From assembly GCA_946498975.1 (NCBI GenBank), contig CAMMQC010000003.1, positions 1,046 to 65,045 of the forward strand: a DNA stretch of 64,000 nt, in the 5' to 3' direction. The notes under the pieces are model-generated. The model had not been told where the DNA came from. It worked only from the letters and a program-made list of their open reading frames with translations, and ran no database searches. The DNA is from an uncultured Mycoplasmatota bacterium. Lineage in GTDB: Bacteria; Bacillota_I; Bacilli_A; RF39; UBA660. A program made the position numbers and the translations under genes. The stretch's first letter is position 1, and each line of letters begins with the position of its first letter. Shown one piece after another: positions 9,241-20,374 of the stretch.

Positions 9241-9879
9241 TTAACTTTTAAAACGTAAACTATTAATTTGTTTTTGAAAGTCTGTACTACTAGTTATATA
9301 ATTACCACTTACTATTATATCTGTTAAATTATATATTTTCTTTGCTACTATATTATTAATCCCACCATCAACACTTATTTTAAATTTAAAATCTTTATAC
9401 TCTTTCTTTAGGACTTTTAACTCTTTTAATTTATCTATAGTCTTATCAATAAACTTTTGTCCCCCTTTACCTGGTATTACTCCCATTACTAATATTAAAT
9501 CTATATATGGTAAGTATGGTATTAAAGATTCTACTTTATCAGTTGGGTTAAGGGCAATGCCTGTTTTTATTCCATAACTTTTTATTAATTTTAAATTACT
9601 TAGAGTATCTTCTAAAGTATCTAAATGTATTGTTATATACTCTGTATTTAAACTAGCATAATCACTAATATATTTACTTGGAGACTCTACCATTAAATGA
9701 ACATCTAATCTTTTATCTGTAAACTTATAGATATGTCTCATTTCTTTAAAAGGTAATGATTTATTTTCTACATATTTACCATCCATAACATCTACATGGA
9801 TAAAATCAACATCTGTATCATTCAATTCTGTTAAAGTTTTGGGGATATCTTTACTAGTTAAAAAAGATGCACTTATCAT
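9241..9879 (-). CDS. rpe: ribulose-phosphate 3-epimerase
   Basis: HVDVMDG, DVHLMV, PGKGGQ, VDGGIN. Confidence 0.93.
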   Translation of the reverse strand: MISASFLTSKDIPKTLTELNDTDVDFIHVDVMDGKYVENKSLPFKEMRHIYKFTDKRLDVHLMVESPSKYISDYASLNTEYITIHLDTLEDTLSNLKLIKSYGIKTGIALNPTDKVESLIPYLPYIDLILVMGVIPGKGGQKFIDKTIDKLKELKVLKKEYKDFKFKISVDGGINNIVAKKIYNLTDIIVSGNYITSSTDFQKQINSLRFKS

Positions 9880-10709
9880 TTAATCGCCTCCTCATAAAAT
9901 TTTAAATAACTATCATATCTACTCTTAAGAATCTCATCATCCTCTACTGCTTTCTTAATACTGCATTCAGACTCTTTTGTATGAGAACAATCTCTAAAAG
10001 GACAAGGATAATTAGAAAATTCTCTAAAAGCATATTTTATATCTTCTTTTTTATAAATAGAAAGATCTAAGGCAGAAAAACCTGGAGTATCTAAGACTTT
10101 ACCATCTAAAAAGTCATATAGTTCTACATTTCTTGTAGTATGTCTACCTCTTCCTAGAGCAAGGGATACTTCTCCTGTTTTTAAATTCCAATCAGGATTT
10201 AATTTATTTAAAAGAGTACTCTTACCAGCACCTGTTTGTCCTATAAAAACAACGGTGTTATCTTTAATTAGTTCTTTTATTTTATCAATATCATTGTTAG
10301 TAAGAACTCTATATCCTATATTAGTATAATATACCATTATCTCTTTTATTTTTTCATAAGTTTCTTTATCAACTAAATCAGTTTTAGTTAGACAAATAAC
10401 AACATCTACATTATTAAGTTCCATATGAGTAATAAATTTATCTAATAAACCTAAAGAAAAGTCAGGATTAACAAGACTTGTAATGATGAAAGCTCTATCA
10501 ATATTACTTACTACGGGTCTATTAAAAGTATTTTTTCTAGGTAACACTTCTTCTATAACTAAGCTTTTCTCATTAAAGACTACATAATCTCCGACTTTAG
10601 GTATTATTTTTTCTTTTCTAAATTTACCTCTTGGAATAGTATTATAGTTTATCCCATTACTATTAACAATATGTCTATTACTACTTATTTTAATAATTTG
10701 TCCTTGCAT
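9876..10709 (-). CDS. rsgA: ribosome small subunit-dependent GTPase A
   Basis: GQTGAGKS, GRHTT, DTPGF, C-terminal Zn site. Confidence 0.93.
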   Translation of the reverse strand: MQGQIIKISSNRHIVNSNGINYNTIPRGKFRKEKIIPKVGDYVVFNEKSLVIEEVLPRKNTFNRPVVSNIDRAFIITSLVNPDFSLGLLDKFITHMELNNVDVVICLTKTDLVDKETYEKIKEIMVYYTNIGYRVLTNNDIDKIKELIKDNTVVFIGQTGAGKSTLLNKLNPDWNLKTGEVSLALGRGRHTTRNVELYDFLDGKVLDTPGFSALDLSIYKKEDIKYAFREFSNYPCPFRDCSHTKESECSIKKAVEDDEILKSRYDSYLKFYEEAIK

Positions 10710-10721
10710 TTTTTCACCTAA

Positions 10722-12497
10722 CTATTGTTCCCCTGTATTTGTATTTGAATCATTGTTGTTATTATTGTTATTGTTATCATTACCATCATCTACTTCAACT
10801 TCATCATTATCATTACTATTATTAGGAGCAGCTTTACCTATAGTAATAGTTACACTATCACCATTTCTAACAGTAGAACCATTTGGGCGAGATTGAGTTA
10901 TAACTTTGCCTACTTGATTTGGATCTGCTACTTCTTGATATTCTGTTGTTACTGTTACACATGCATTATTAGCCCAACTAGTTACAACATCTTCAGTTTG
11001 TAAGTACCAATCTGGGAAGGTAATATCTTGTAATATTGTTAAGGTTATTTCATCTCCTGATTTAACCTCACTACCTTCATCAAGTGATTGAGAGATAACA
11101 AGGTTTTGACCAATAACAGAACAAGTTGTAGAATCTGGTTCTATCTCTTGTATTTTTACTTCTAAGCCCATATCTTCTAAAGTTTCTCTTACTTCATTAA
11201 CATCCATATTAACATAGTTTTCAAGTTCATATGTCTTTACACCTGTTGATTTATATAAGGTTACACGAGTTCCTTCTTTAACTGTACTTCCACTTCTTGG
11301 ATCTGTTCTAATAATTCTATTTTTCTTAACATCTTCACTTGATACTTCTTCTATTTTACTATTAACAGTAAGTCCTGCATCTTCTAATGTATCTTCAGCT
11401 TTACTTACAGTCATACCACTAACATCTGGGACTTTAACATCTTTTTCTGCTGTAACAGCAGGTATTATAAAGAATACTGCTAGTAATGCTATTACAATGA
11501 CTCCTGCAATGATTGATAAAGCGATTATTAATTTATTAGATTTTTTTGTCTTTTCATCAGTAATAGGAGTAGCGATACCTTCATTACTATCACTTATTGG
11601 TTCCATTATTTTAGTAGTCTCATCTACTTCATTTTCAGGATATGGATAAACATAAGGTTCTTCATTTATTCTATCATCGTTTAATGCTGTTAATAAGTCA
11701 TTATGCATACTCTTAGCATCATCATATCTATTTTTAGGATTTTTAGCGGTTGATTTTAAGATGATATTTTCTATACTTTGAGGTATATCATTATTTAGTT
11801 TATGAACATCAGGTAATGGTTCTTTCATTTGTTTTAAAGCAATTTCAACAGCACTATCACCTTTAAATGGAAGTTCTCCTGTTAATAATTCATAGAAGAT
11901 AATTCCCATGGAATAGATATCACTTTTTATAGTTGTCCCTTTACCTGCTGCTTGTTCTGGTGGTAAATAGTGAACTGAGCCCATAACAGAATTAGTTTGC
12001 GTTAACTGGGTTGAGTTAAGAGCCATAGCAATACCAAAGTCTGTTATTTTTATCTGTCCATCATCTTGTATCATAATGTTTTGTGGTTTTAAATCTCTAT
12101 GAACGATATATGAGTCATGAGCATGAGCCATACCATCTGTTAGTTGTAACATGATATCAATAGCTTCTGATAATGTTAGACTACCACGTTTTTTTAGTAG
12201 TTGTTTTAGAGTCTTTCCTTCAACATATTCCATGACAATATAGTATAGTCCATCATCTTCTCCTACATCATACATGGCAACGATATTAGGATGAGAAAGA
12301 CTAGAAGCTGATAGGGCTTCACGCTGAAAACGTCTTACAAATTTTTCATCATTCGCAAGGTCTCCCCTTAATACTTTTATCGCTACATTTCTATCAAGTA
12401 TAGTGTCATATGCAAGATAGACATTAGCCATACCACCTTCGCCTATTGATTTAATTATCTCATAACGATCATTAATTTTTTGCCCCTTTGTAACCAT
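10722..12497 (-). CDS. prkC: PASTA-domain Ser/Thr kinase
   Basis: GEGGMA, HRDLKPQN, DFG, TM helix, PASTA repeats. Confidence 0.93.
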   Translation of the reverse strand: MVTKGQKINDRYEIIKSIGEGGMANVYLAYDTILDRNVAIKVLRGDLANDEKFVRRFQREALSASSLSHPNIVAMYDVGEDDGLYYIVMEYVEGKTLKQLLKKRGSLTLSEAIDIMLQLTDGMAHAHDSYIVHRDLKPQNIMIQDDGQIKITDFGIAMALNSTQLTQTNSVMGSVHYLPPEQAAGKGTTIKSDIYSMGIIFYELLTGELPFKGDSAVEIALKQMKEPLPDVHKLNNDIPQSIENIILKSTAKNPKNRYDDAKSMHNDLLTALNDDRINEEPYVYPYPENEVDETTKIMEPISDSNEGIATPITDEKTKKSNKLIIALSIIAGVIVIALLAVFFIIPAVTAEKDVKVPDVSGMTVSKAEDTLEDAGLTVNSKIEEVSSEDVKKNRIIRTDPRSGSTVKEGTRVTLYKSTGVKTYELENYVNMDVNEVRETLEDMGLEVKIQEIEPDSTTCSVIGQNLVISQSLDEGSEVKSGDEITLTILQDITFPDWYLQTEDVVTSWANNACVTVTTEYQEVADPNQVGKVITQSRPNGSTVRNGDSVTITIGKAAPNNSNDNDEVEVDDGNDNNNNNNNNDSNTNTGEQ

Positions 12498-13237
12498 TAT
12501 TCTTCACCTTCTCCTAAAATTAAGTATGCAACTGATATATTATCAGTTCCCCCTCTATTGTTAGCTTTCCTAATTAGTTTAATAACTTTATCTTCTATAT
12601 CTCCTTCTCCAGTTAAGACTCTTTCTATTGCTTCTTCATCTAACATATTAGTAAGTCCATCACTAGATAAAAGAATTGCATCTATTTCCATATCACAATC
12701 AAAGATATCTATATCAATAGGATCATTAGCCCCAAGTGCTTTCATCAAAACATTTTTCTTAGGATGATCCTTAGCTTCTTCTTCTGTTAATTCACCTGCT
12801 GACACAAGTAAGTTAACTAATGTATGGTCATATGTTACTTTATGAAGTTTACCTTCTTTCATAACAAAGCCTGATGAATCTCCAATATTTCCAAATAATA
12901 TATAATCTTTTGTAATGATAGCAGTGACAAGGGTTGTTCCCATTCCTTTACTTTCTGGATGAGTTTTCTCATGTCTAAAGATACTATCATTTATTTCATT
13001 AACACTATCTCTTAAAAAATTAACAGCATCCATCTTACTCATATTATGGAAGTTTTCATTAAAGTCTTTTGCAAGATGGGTTATAGCGATAGATGATGCT
13101 ACTTCTCCAGCAGAATGTCCCCCCATACCATCAGCGATAGCCATAAGTGTATCGTTATCACTATTATGTACTATTAAGACACTATCTTCATTATGGTCTC
13201 TAACCTTTCCTGCATCAGTTAAATAAAACGATTTCAT
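12497..13237 (-). CDS. prpC: PP2C Ser/Thr phosphatase
   Basis: RDHNED, ADGMGGH, SDGL, GGTDNI. Confidence 0.92.
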   Translation of the reverse strand: MKSFYLTDAGKVRDHNEDSVLIVHNSDNDTLMAIADGMGGHSAGEVASSIAITHLAKDFNENFHNMSKMDAVNFLRDSVNEINDSIFRHEKTHPESKGMGTTLVTAIITKDYILFGNIGDSSGFVMKEGKLHKVTYDHTLVNLLVSAGELTEEEAKDHPKKNVLMKALGANDPIDIDIFDCDMEIDAILLSSDGLTNMLDEEAIERVLTGEGDIEDKVIKLIRKANNRGGTDNISVAYLILGEGEE

Positions 13238-14259
13238 ATATCCTCCTTCTTACTTCTAAGCTGTCCACAAGCAGCACTAATAGTACCACCAAATTCTCGC
13301 CTAATTGTAACTGTAATATTGTTTTTCTTTAGTATATCATAAAACTTAGCAATTGTTAAAGGTTTACTTCGTTTATACTGTAAAGCATCTGTTTCATTAT
13401 ATGGTATTAAGTTAACATATGAGTTTATTCCTTTTAATAAATTTACTAATTCTAAAGCATGTTCTTCTTTATCATTAACACCATCTAACATAATATATTC
13501 AAAGGTTACTCTTCTATTTGTTTTTTCTAAGTATACTTTAATGGCATTTATTAAATCTTTTAGAGGATATACTTTAGCGATAGGCATTATCTCTTTTCTT
13601 AATTTATCATTTGGAGCATGTAAGCTGATAGCAAGATTTACTTGATATGGAAAGTTAGCAAATTCTAATATTTTAGGAACAAGTCCACAAGTTGATACTG
13701 TTATATGTCTTGCTCCTATATTAAGCCCTTTAGGATGATTTATAATTCTAATAAAGTTACAAATGTTATCATAGTTATCAAATGGCTCTCCTATTCCCAT
13801 AATAACTACATGACTAATTCTAAGGTTAGATTCATCTTCTACTTTAATTATCTGTTCTACCATTTCTCCAGTAGTTAAATTACGTACTTTTTTACGTCTA
13901 CCTGACTCACAAAACTTACAACCCATATTACATCCTACTTGGCTAGAAATACAAAGACTATTACCATAATCATGATTCATAAGTACCGCTTCAACATGTT
14001 CTTTATCATTAAGTTTAAATAAATACTTTCTAACATCTTTAGCTTTTTCTACTGTAACTATCTCTATATTAGAAATAGTAAAGTCTTTACTTAGTTTTTC
14101 TCTTGTCTCTTTCTTTATATTGCTAGCTGCACTAAAAGAAGTAATTCTCTTATCTTTAGCATAAAGCCAAGAGAAAAGTTCTGTTGCATAATATTTTTTT
14201 TCATCTATTTTTAGAAAATATTCTGTTAATTCATCTATAGTTAAATCATATATACTCAT
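13234..14259 (-). CDS. rlmN: 23S rRNA/tRNA m2A methyltransferase
   Basis: CISSQVGCNMGCKFC, MGIGEP, AACGQL. Confidence 0.95.
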   Translation of the reverse strand: MSIYDLTIDELTEYFLKIDEKKYYATELFSWLYAKDKRITSFSAASNIKKETREKLSKDFTISNIEIVTVEKAKDVRKYLFKLNDKEHVEAVLMNHDYGNSLCISSQVGCNMGCKFCESGRRKKVRNLTTGEMVEQIIKVEDESNLRISHVVIMGIGEPFDNYDNICNFIRIINHPKGLNIGARHITVSTCGLVPKILEFANFPYQVNLAISLHAPNDKLRKEIMPIAKVYPLKDLINAIKVYLEKTNRRVTFEYIMLDGVNDKEEHALELVNLLKGINSYVNLIPYNETDALQYKRSKPLTIAKFYDILKKNNITVTIRREFGGTISAACGQLRSKKEDI

Positions 14260-14312
14260 AACTCACCTCTACAACTACATTTATTATACAGTAAAACTTG
14301 AGGAAAAACATC

Positions 14313-14343
14313 AAAAAACTGATAAAATGTATCTATCAGTTTT
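14313..14343 (-). terminator. intrinsic terminator after Rpn gene
   Basis: AAAACTGATA/TATCAGTTTT stem with T-tract. Confidence 0.55.
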
Positions 14344-14350
14344 GTAATAT

Positions 14351-15203
14351 TTAGTCAGTTAAGTTCTCTAACTCTTCTATACTTAGTCCAGTATTTCTAG
14401 ATACTACTTCTATAGGTATGCCATCTTTAAGAAGATTTTTTGCAATAGTCTTTTTTCCTTCTTCTAGTCCTTCTGCTTTACCATCATCATATCCCCAACT
14501 ACGAGCGGTATTAATCATTTTTTTCTGCATTATTTCATTATCATATGCTAATCCAAACTTATCATCAAGACCTAGTCTTTCTAATTCATCCACAATCTTT
14601 AATGCCTCCTTATCATCTCCTGCTATTTCTCTTAACTCTTCGTAAGATTCGGCAGTAAATAAAGATAGATATGCTTCTTCTTTATTGTCTCCATTATATC
14701 TTATTCCTCCCGTAATTTTCAAGATACACTTCATGTATTTTAAAATCTTTTATCTCTTTATGAGTATTTATATCCATGACAGAATAAGAGCCTTTACTAA
14801 TATATGGATTCTTTTCTTTGTTAAGATTTATTTGAATAATCTTTTTCTTCTTTATATTTTCTCCACTATTTAGACTTTTGGCAAGCGCCGCATATAAGTA
14901 TAATCTATTTCTATATTTTATTTCTTCACTAGGAAACTGATTCATCTCTATTAATATAATTAAATCAACTTTATCACTTTCAAGTACTATATCAAGACGA
15001 TAATCACGTTTTTTATTACCACTATTAAACTCAGGATCATATAATCTAAATTCACTAATATCCATATTTGTATATGGTCTAATAATAGTATTAAAGAACT
15101 CTTTATAATCTTCTATTTTAAAGAAATGTTTAAATGTAGTATCTGATAAAAGACTAATAAATTTTTTCTCTTTCTTTTCTTCTTCTTTCATAAATACCTC
15201 CAA
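14351..15203 (-). pseudogene. Rpn-family PD-(D/E)XK nuclease, frameshifted near 14710 (ORFs 14694..15203 and 14351..14734)
   Basis: SDTTFK, RLDIVL, IEMN in first ORF; GKAEGLEEG...IAKNLL...TGLSIEEL in second. Confidence 0.8.
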
Positions 15204-15375
15204 TAATTTTAATTTTTCTACGTATATGCCTACACTCTAACATAAGTTAAAATACATTGCAATTTACGAAAATTAGTAATCGGAAGGATAAACTACCATG
15301 AATTTTGAAAATTCCTCTAGAGAAAATTAAAAATTGACCCCTCTTTTGAAGTCAATTTTCAAAATTACAACAAAT

Positions 15376-16020
15376 TTAAGAAATTTTAGTTCTAATCTTT
15401 TCTAATATCTTACTCTCCTTTCTACTTACTTGGACTTGAGACATACCAAGAGACTCGGCGGTTTCTTTTTGAGTCATATCTTGATAGTATCTTGAAGTAA
15501 TTAGTTCTCTTTCACTTTCTTCAAGTCCATTAATCGCTTCTTTTAAATCTAATACACCTACATCATAACCTTTTTCAATAAGAGCGATTTTATTATAGAG
15601 ATTATAGTCATCATCTAAATAACTATTATCTAGACTATAAGGAGTTGTAACAGCATTCATAACACTTACTATTTTTTCTTCAGGCTCTCCTAGCATATAA
15701 GAAATTTCAAAAGTAGTAGGTTCTCTTCCTAAATTTTGAGATAAATATTCTCTTGTTTCTTTAATTTCTTTACTTAATTTATAAGTATCAGTTGAGACAT
15801 GAATCCCATAATCATTATTTATGGCTTTTAAGACCTCTCCTTTTATCCACAAATAAGCATAATCTGTAAAGCTTGTCTCCCTTTTTGCATCATACTTTTG
15901 TAATGCAGTTTGTAATCCTAACATTCCTGCTTGAAATAAATCATCATAATCACTTCTAAAGTTATACTTACTAGTAATATTTCTAACTAAACCAACATAT
16001 CTTAAAGCTTCTTCTGTCAT
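15376..16020 (-). CDS. SigF/SigB/SigG-type sigma factor (short)
   Basis: DDLFQAGMLGL, FTDYAYLWIKGE, LGREPT, TQKETAESLGMSQVQVSR. Confidence 0.85.
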   Translation of the reverse strand: MTEEALRYVGLVRNITSKYNFRSDYDDLFQAGMLGLQTALQKYDAKRETSFTDYAYLWIKGEVLKAINNDYGIHVSTDTYKLSKEIKETREYLSQNLGREPTTFEISYMLGEPEEKIVSVMNAVTTPYSLDNSYLDDDYNLYNKIALIEKGYDVGVLDLKEAINGLEESERELITSRYYQDMTQKETAESLGMSQVQVSRKESKILEKIRTKIS

Positions 16021-16104
16021 AGTATCTATCCTTTCTTGTCTTAAGAATAAATAAAATTTACTTAATTAACAAGGCTTTCGACAGAAGTAGTTATTAATTT
16101 CATC

Positions 16105-17193
16105 TTACAAATTTCTTAAAAATAATGTCTTAAACAAAATACCAAATATTTCTCTTGAAAAAGACTTAGTTTTACCTTTATGTACTTTACTTTTAGGATA
16201 ATCATTACAATTAAAAGTAATATCTATATTTTCTTTAAAGTCTTGATACTTAATAGTTAAAATAGTTTTAGAACAAGTATTAGAATAGTTAAACTCTAAC
16301 TTACTAAGAGGAATAGTACTTTTCTTTATTACTTTAGATAAATCTAAGTAATTAGAGAGTGTTATATCATCATATACTTCTATTATCTCTTTTCGATATA
16401 GATAATACTTATTAATAGTATCTACTACTTTATAACCATTATGAACTGAAGTATCAGTTATACTATCATCTTTATAGCATTTGTAGTACTTCTTACGATA
16501 ACGATATAACTTTTCTTTAGAAATAACTTTTATATAAAATTTATCTTCTATATTAGAGTTATTTAAGACTTTTTCATCATAAAGAGTCTTAGTTAAATGA
16601 TTTATTAACTTAAGTTTTATCTTACTATAGCCTTTTTTAGTTATAGTTATTTTATCTTTAATATAATTAGAGCTTTCTATTACAAAGTTTCCTTTTCTAT
16701 CTCCTTGATTTAAAAAGCATGTTACTTCTAACTCTAGAAACTCAGGACTATATTTTTTAGATAACTTAATATTGTAGTTATTACCTTCATAAATAGTTTT
16801 ATCTTTATATTTTAAAGTTATCTTTGTAATTAAAAGATTATCTATATTACTAATAGTTAAGTTATCTATTTTCTTTAACTCTTTATAATAATAGATAGTT
16901 TTAATATCTTCATCTAGTCTTTTATCATTAAGTTTTTCTTTACTATAGTTAGTATATTCTCCATAAGTTACTTCATTACTTTTAAGAGGATATTCAAGAT
17001 TACATTCTTCTAAATATTTAAACTCTTTATCTATCTTTTCTTCTTTATAATAAGTAACTTTCTCTATTTTTTCATTATCCTTAGCTTGATAAGAAGCATT
17101 AACTTCTCCTACCTTTAGATAAGGTGTAGTTATGGTTTTGGCAGAAACATTTGCCCAAGAAAAAAATAATAATAGTATTAAGAGTATCTTCAT
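16105..17193 (-). CDS. hypothetical secreted Lys/Tyr-rich protein
   Basis: N-terminal signal peptide ending VSA. Confidence 0.65.
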   Translation of the reverse strand: MKILLILLLFFSWANVSAKTITTPYLKVGEVNASYQAKDNEKIEKVTYYKEEKIDKEFKYLEECNLEYPLKSNEVTYGEYTNYSKEKLNDKRLDEDIKTIYYYKELKKIDNLTISNIDNLLITKITLKYKDKTIYEGNNYNIKLSKKYSPEFLELEVTCFLNQGDRKGNFVIESSNYIKDKITITKKGYSKIKLKLINHLTKTLYDEKVLNNSNIEDKFYIKVISKEKLYRYRKKYYKCYKDDSITDTSVHNGYKVVDTINKYYLYRKEIIEVYDDITLSNYLDLSKVIKKSTIPLSKLEFNYSNTCSKTILTIKYQDFKENIDITFNCNDYPKSKVHKGKTKSFSREIFGILFKTLFLRNL

Positions 17194-17227
17194 AATTAGT
17201 ACCTCCTACTATTATTATTTACTATTT

Positions 17228-17596
17228 CTAATCTTTTGCTTTAAAAATTAAGGTAAAGACAAAGGTAAAGATAATCGCAGCAGTTATTCCGGCGGCAGTA
17301 AGATCAAATACACCCATTAACAAACCTATTATGCCATGAGATTCAGCAGCAAGTAAGGCTCCATGAATTAGAGAATGACCAAAGCTTGTAATAGGAAGTA
17401 AGGCTCCTCCTCCTACTTTTACAATAAAGAAGTCATAGATAGAAAAGGCATCAAGGGCTGAACCTACACATACAAAGATAGCGGTTATATGACCAGGAGT
17501 TAGTTTAGTATTATCAAGTATTAACTCTGCGATTAAACAAACTATTCCACAGAATAAGAATGAATTAATAAAGTACATTATATCGCCTCCAAACAT
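17228..17596 (-). CDS. spoVAE: stage V sporulation protein AE
   Basis: GGALLPITSFGHSL; third gene of spoVA cluster. Confidence 0.85.
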   Translation of the reverse strand: MFGGDIMYFINSFLFCGIVCLIAELILDNTKLTPGHITAIFVCVGSALDAFSIYDFFIVKVGGGALLPITSFGHSLIHGALLAAESHGIIGLLMGVFDLTAAGITAAIIFTFVFTLIFKAKD

Positions 17597-18588
17597 ATTA
17601 AATTGGCAATAGATAGAATATTTTCTTTTTGATAAAGCATTATTGGAGAAAATAAGGCTCCTGTTGCGATTAGTAAGACTTTCTTATATTTATTTTCCAT
17701 AAGTCCTTTAATAATAGTACTATAATTAACTAAAGCAGAACATACAGGGCCACTTCCTCCTGCCATTACTTCTTTTTGTTCTTCTAAATCATAGAGCATT
17801 GTTCCACAGTCATTATAGTTTTTAGATAAATCTATATTATATTCATTAAGCATTAAGTCTTTTAGTATTTCTTTACCATATTTACCTAAGTCTCCTGTAA
17901 GTATTAAATCATAATCACTTGGCTTAGTATTAGTTTCTGTTAAGTACTTATAAAGAGTATCAGCTGCTGCTCCTGCCATAGTGGCTCCCATATTAAAGGC
18001 ATCTTTTTGATTAAAATCTACTATTGTTCCAATAAGTCCATTAACAACTCTTATTTTACTAGGTTTATTAGATAAAAGTGCACTAGCACCTCCTGTAGCA
18101 GTAAAGGTTGCAGTCATAGGTTTAGGAGAACCATATTCAGTAGGATTTCTAAATTGTTTTTCACTTGACATATTATGAGATGAACAAGATATTAAAGCAT
18201 TATTTACTTTACCACTATCGATAAAAGTCGCTCCTATTAATAAGCCTTCTATACTAGTAGCACATGCTGTATAAATACCTAGAAATGGACTTTTTAGATT
18301 TAAGGCTCCATAGCATGATGATGTTATTTGATTTAAGAGGTCACCTGCAATTACTAAATCAATATCTTTAGAAGTTAGTTTAGTCTTTTTTAGTAGTATC
18401 TTTATACTATCTTCAAGTAATCTTATTTCAGCTTTTTCGAAAGACTTTTCTTTACAATATAAATCATCAGTATATTTCTTATCAAAGTTTTTTGATAAGG
18501 GGCCTTTCGCTTCATATGGTCCGCATACTGTACTTGCATTATCTAAGTATACATTTCTAAAATTTAGTATCATGATAAAATCTCCCAT
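17578..18588 (-). CDS. spoVAD: stage V sporulation protein AD
   Basis: GDLLNQ, QFRNPTEYG, LTGDLG, GGSG. Confidence 0.92.
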   Translation of the reverse strand: MGDFIMILNFRNVYLDNASTVCGPYEAKGPLSKNFDKKYTDDLYCKEKSFEKAEIRLLEDSIKILLKKTKLTSKDIDLVIAGDLLNQITSSCYGALNLKSPFLGIYTACATSIEGLLIGATFIDSGKVNNALISCSSHNMSSEKQFRNPTEYGSPKPMTATFTATGGASALLSNKPSKIRVVNGLIGTIVDFNQKDAFNMGATMAGAAADTLYKYLTETNTKPSDYDLILTGDLGKYGKEILKDLMLNEYNIDLSKNYNDCGTMLYDLEEQKEVMAGGSGPVCSALVNYSTIIKGLMENKYKKVLLIATGALFSPIMLYQKENILSIANLICLEAI

Positions 18589-19013
18589 ATATATCTAATA
18601 AGTCCAAAGAACCAAGCGGATACTACTCCATAGAAGATAACTGAACCTGCAAGTTTAAAGACATTACTACCAACACCAAAGATTGGTCCTTCATTTTTAT
18701 AATCTAGGGCGGCACTAGTCATTGAATGAGCGAAACCTGTTATTGGTATTAAAAGTCCTGCTTTAGCTTTTGCCACTAACTTATCAAAGAAGCCTAAGGC
18801 AGTGAATAAAGAAGCGAAAAAGATAAAGGTTATAATCATATAAGTAGAAGCATCATTACGAGATACATCAAATAACATTATATAAATTCTAATTAAAACT
18901 TCTCCAAAAAGTCCTAAAGTACCTCCTACTAGAAAGGCAATTAAAGCATATTTAGCTTTATTTTCTTTAGGAGTATGTTTTTTTACTAAAGCATCATATT
19001 TTTTATTAGTCAT
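18570..19013 (-). CDS. spoVAC: stage V sporulation protein AC
   Basis: AFLVGG, PITGFAHS, FKLAGSVI. Confidence 0.9.
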   Translation of the reverse strand: MTNKKYDALVKKHTPKENKAKYALIAFLVGGTLGLFGEVLIRIYIMLFDVSRNDASTYMIITFIFFASLFTALGFFDKLVAKAKAGLLIPITGFAHSMTSAALDYKNEGPIFGVGSNVFKLAGSVIFYGVVSAWFFGLIRYIWEILS

Positions 19014-19137
19014 ATTATCACCTAATAATATACTGTTCTAAAAAATAATAATTATACAAAAAAGAAGAGAAAGTTTAATCTCTTCTAACTAACATACTAA
19101 CTATTAATCTTTTTTACAATAATAATATACTCTGTTT

Positions 19138-20340
19138 TTATTTCAAAATGAATGGATTAGATACACTTCCACTACCAGATTTAATCATAACATTATTATT
19201 TAACATAACTGTTGGTCTTACTTTTTTATATCCTGATGCTGTATTTTCATCTAAGTATCCACTACTTTTAACTATATATGCTTCATAATTATTAAGAGAA
19301 TTTCCTGTTACTAACCACCATTCTGTACCACTTAATTTTAAATAATTATAATTCTGACAACTTCTATCAGTAGTCGCTTTACAATTAACATCTAAAGAAG
19401 CATTCATATAGTCACTAGCAGTTAAAAGTCCTATCATTTGATTTTCTAAAGTATCAGAGCACTCTAAACTATTATTATTAGTTGTATCTGTTGGAGTTCT
19501 TTTACCTATACATAAATTAAATGGTGTTAATTTTGATTTATCATTGTTACTTAATAAACTATAATCTAATTTATTGTTATAAAGATCATATAAATATTCA
19601 CTCATTCTACTAATTCTATAATCATTAAAACCACTATTAAATCTTCTATCCTGATTATATCTATCATCATAATATGAAGAAGATGTTGATTCCATTTCAT
19701 TTAATATTAAGAGAAGTTTATTATTGGATGTTACTTTAACTATTCTAAATAAAGCATTATCTAACTGTACATAATTATTAACATCATCACCACGATATAC
19801 TTTTTCTCCATTCATATCATATAAACCGTTTCCTGATGTAACTATTCCCTGTTCTAATACTGCTTTATATAATTCTTTAGTAGTATAGTTATCTCCACAG
19901 TCTAAATATGGTGTATAAACTATATTATCTCCTACTTTAGTAACTTCTACTCTACCACTACAACTTTCACCTTCTCTTAATTCACTTAAAGGTTTCATAA
20001 GTTCTGCATCTGCTAGAGTACTATCTCTTACAGTAACTGTTTCTCCTTCTTCTTGAGGTAAAAGACCACTTTGGACTTCATAATACTCTATTGCAGCATT
20101 TTTTAGTTCTTCTTCTATTTCTTCATATGTTTTATTACCACTATTAAATAAAGATATTATCAAGATGATAATTAAAAACAATACTAAAATACCTACTACT
20201 ATTAGCATCATTCTCATTAATTTCTTTTTCATTTCTTTATTATCTTTAACTGGTTTAGAAGTTTGTGGTTGAATGTTATTAGTATTACTAATTACTTCTT
20301 TACCTTTATTTTCATTCATAATAAACACACTCACTTTCAA
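19138..20340 (-). CDS. hypothetical membrane-anchored surface protein
   Basis: N-terminal TM; IGLL..SDY, WWL, VRP, GSGS..NPF motifs. Confidence 0.65.
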   Translation of the reverse strand: MKVSVFIMNENKGKEVISNTNNIQPQTSKPVKDNKEMKKKLMRMMLIVVGILVLFLIIILIISLFNSGNKTYEEIEEELKNAAIEYYEVQSGLLPQEEGETVTVRDSTLADAELMKPLSELREGESCSGRVEVTKVGDNIVYTPYLDCGDNYTTKELYKAVLEQGIVTSGNGLYDMNGEKVYRGDDVNNYVQLDNALFRIVKVTSNNKLLLILNEMESTSSSYYDDRYNQDRRFNSGFNDYRISRMSEYLYDLYNNKLDYSLLSNNDKSKLTPFNLCIGKRTPTDTTNNNSLECSDTLENQMIGLLTASDYMNASLDVNCKATTDRSCQNYNYLKLSGTEWWLVTGNSLNNYEAYIVKSSGYLDENTASGYKKVRPTVMLNNNVMIKSGSGSVSNPFILK

Positions 20341-20374
20341 GTTAAGTAAATTGTAGCATTATTTTACAAATATT

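Noticed and set aside
10722-10830. AAT/AAC-rich simple repeat at the end of prkC
   Set aside because: Ordinary low-complexity Asn tail
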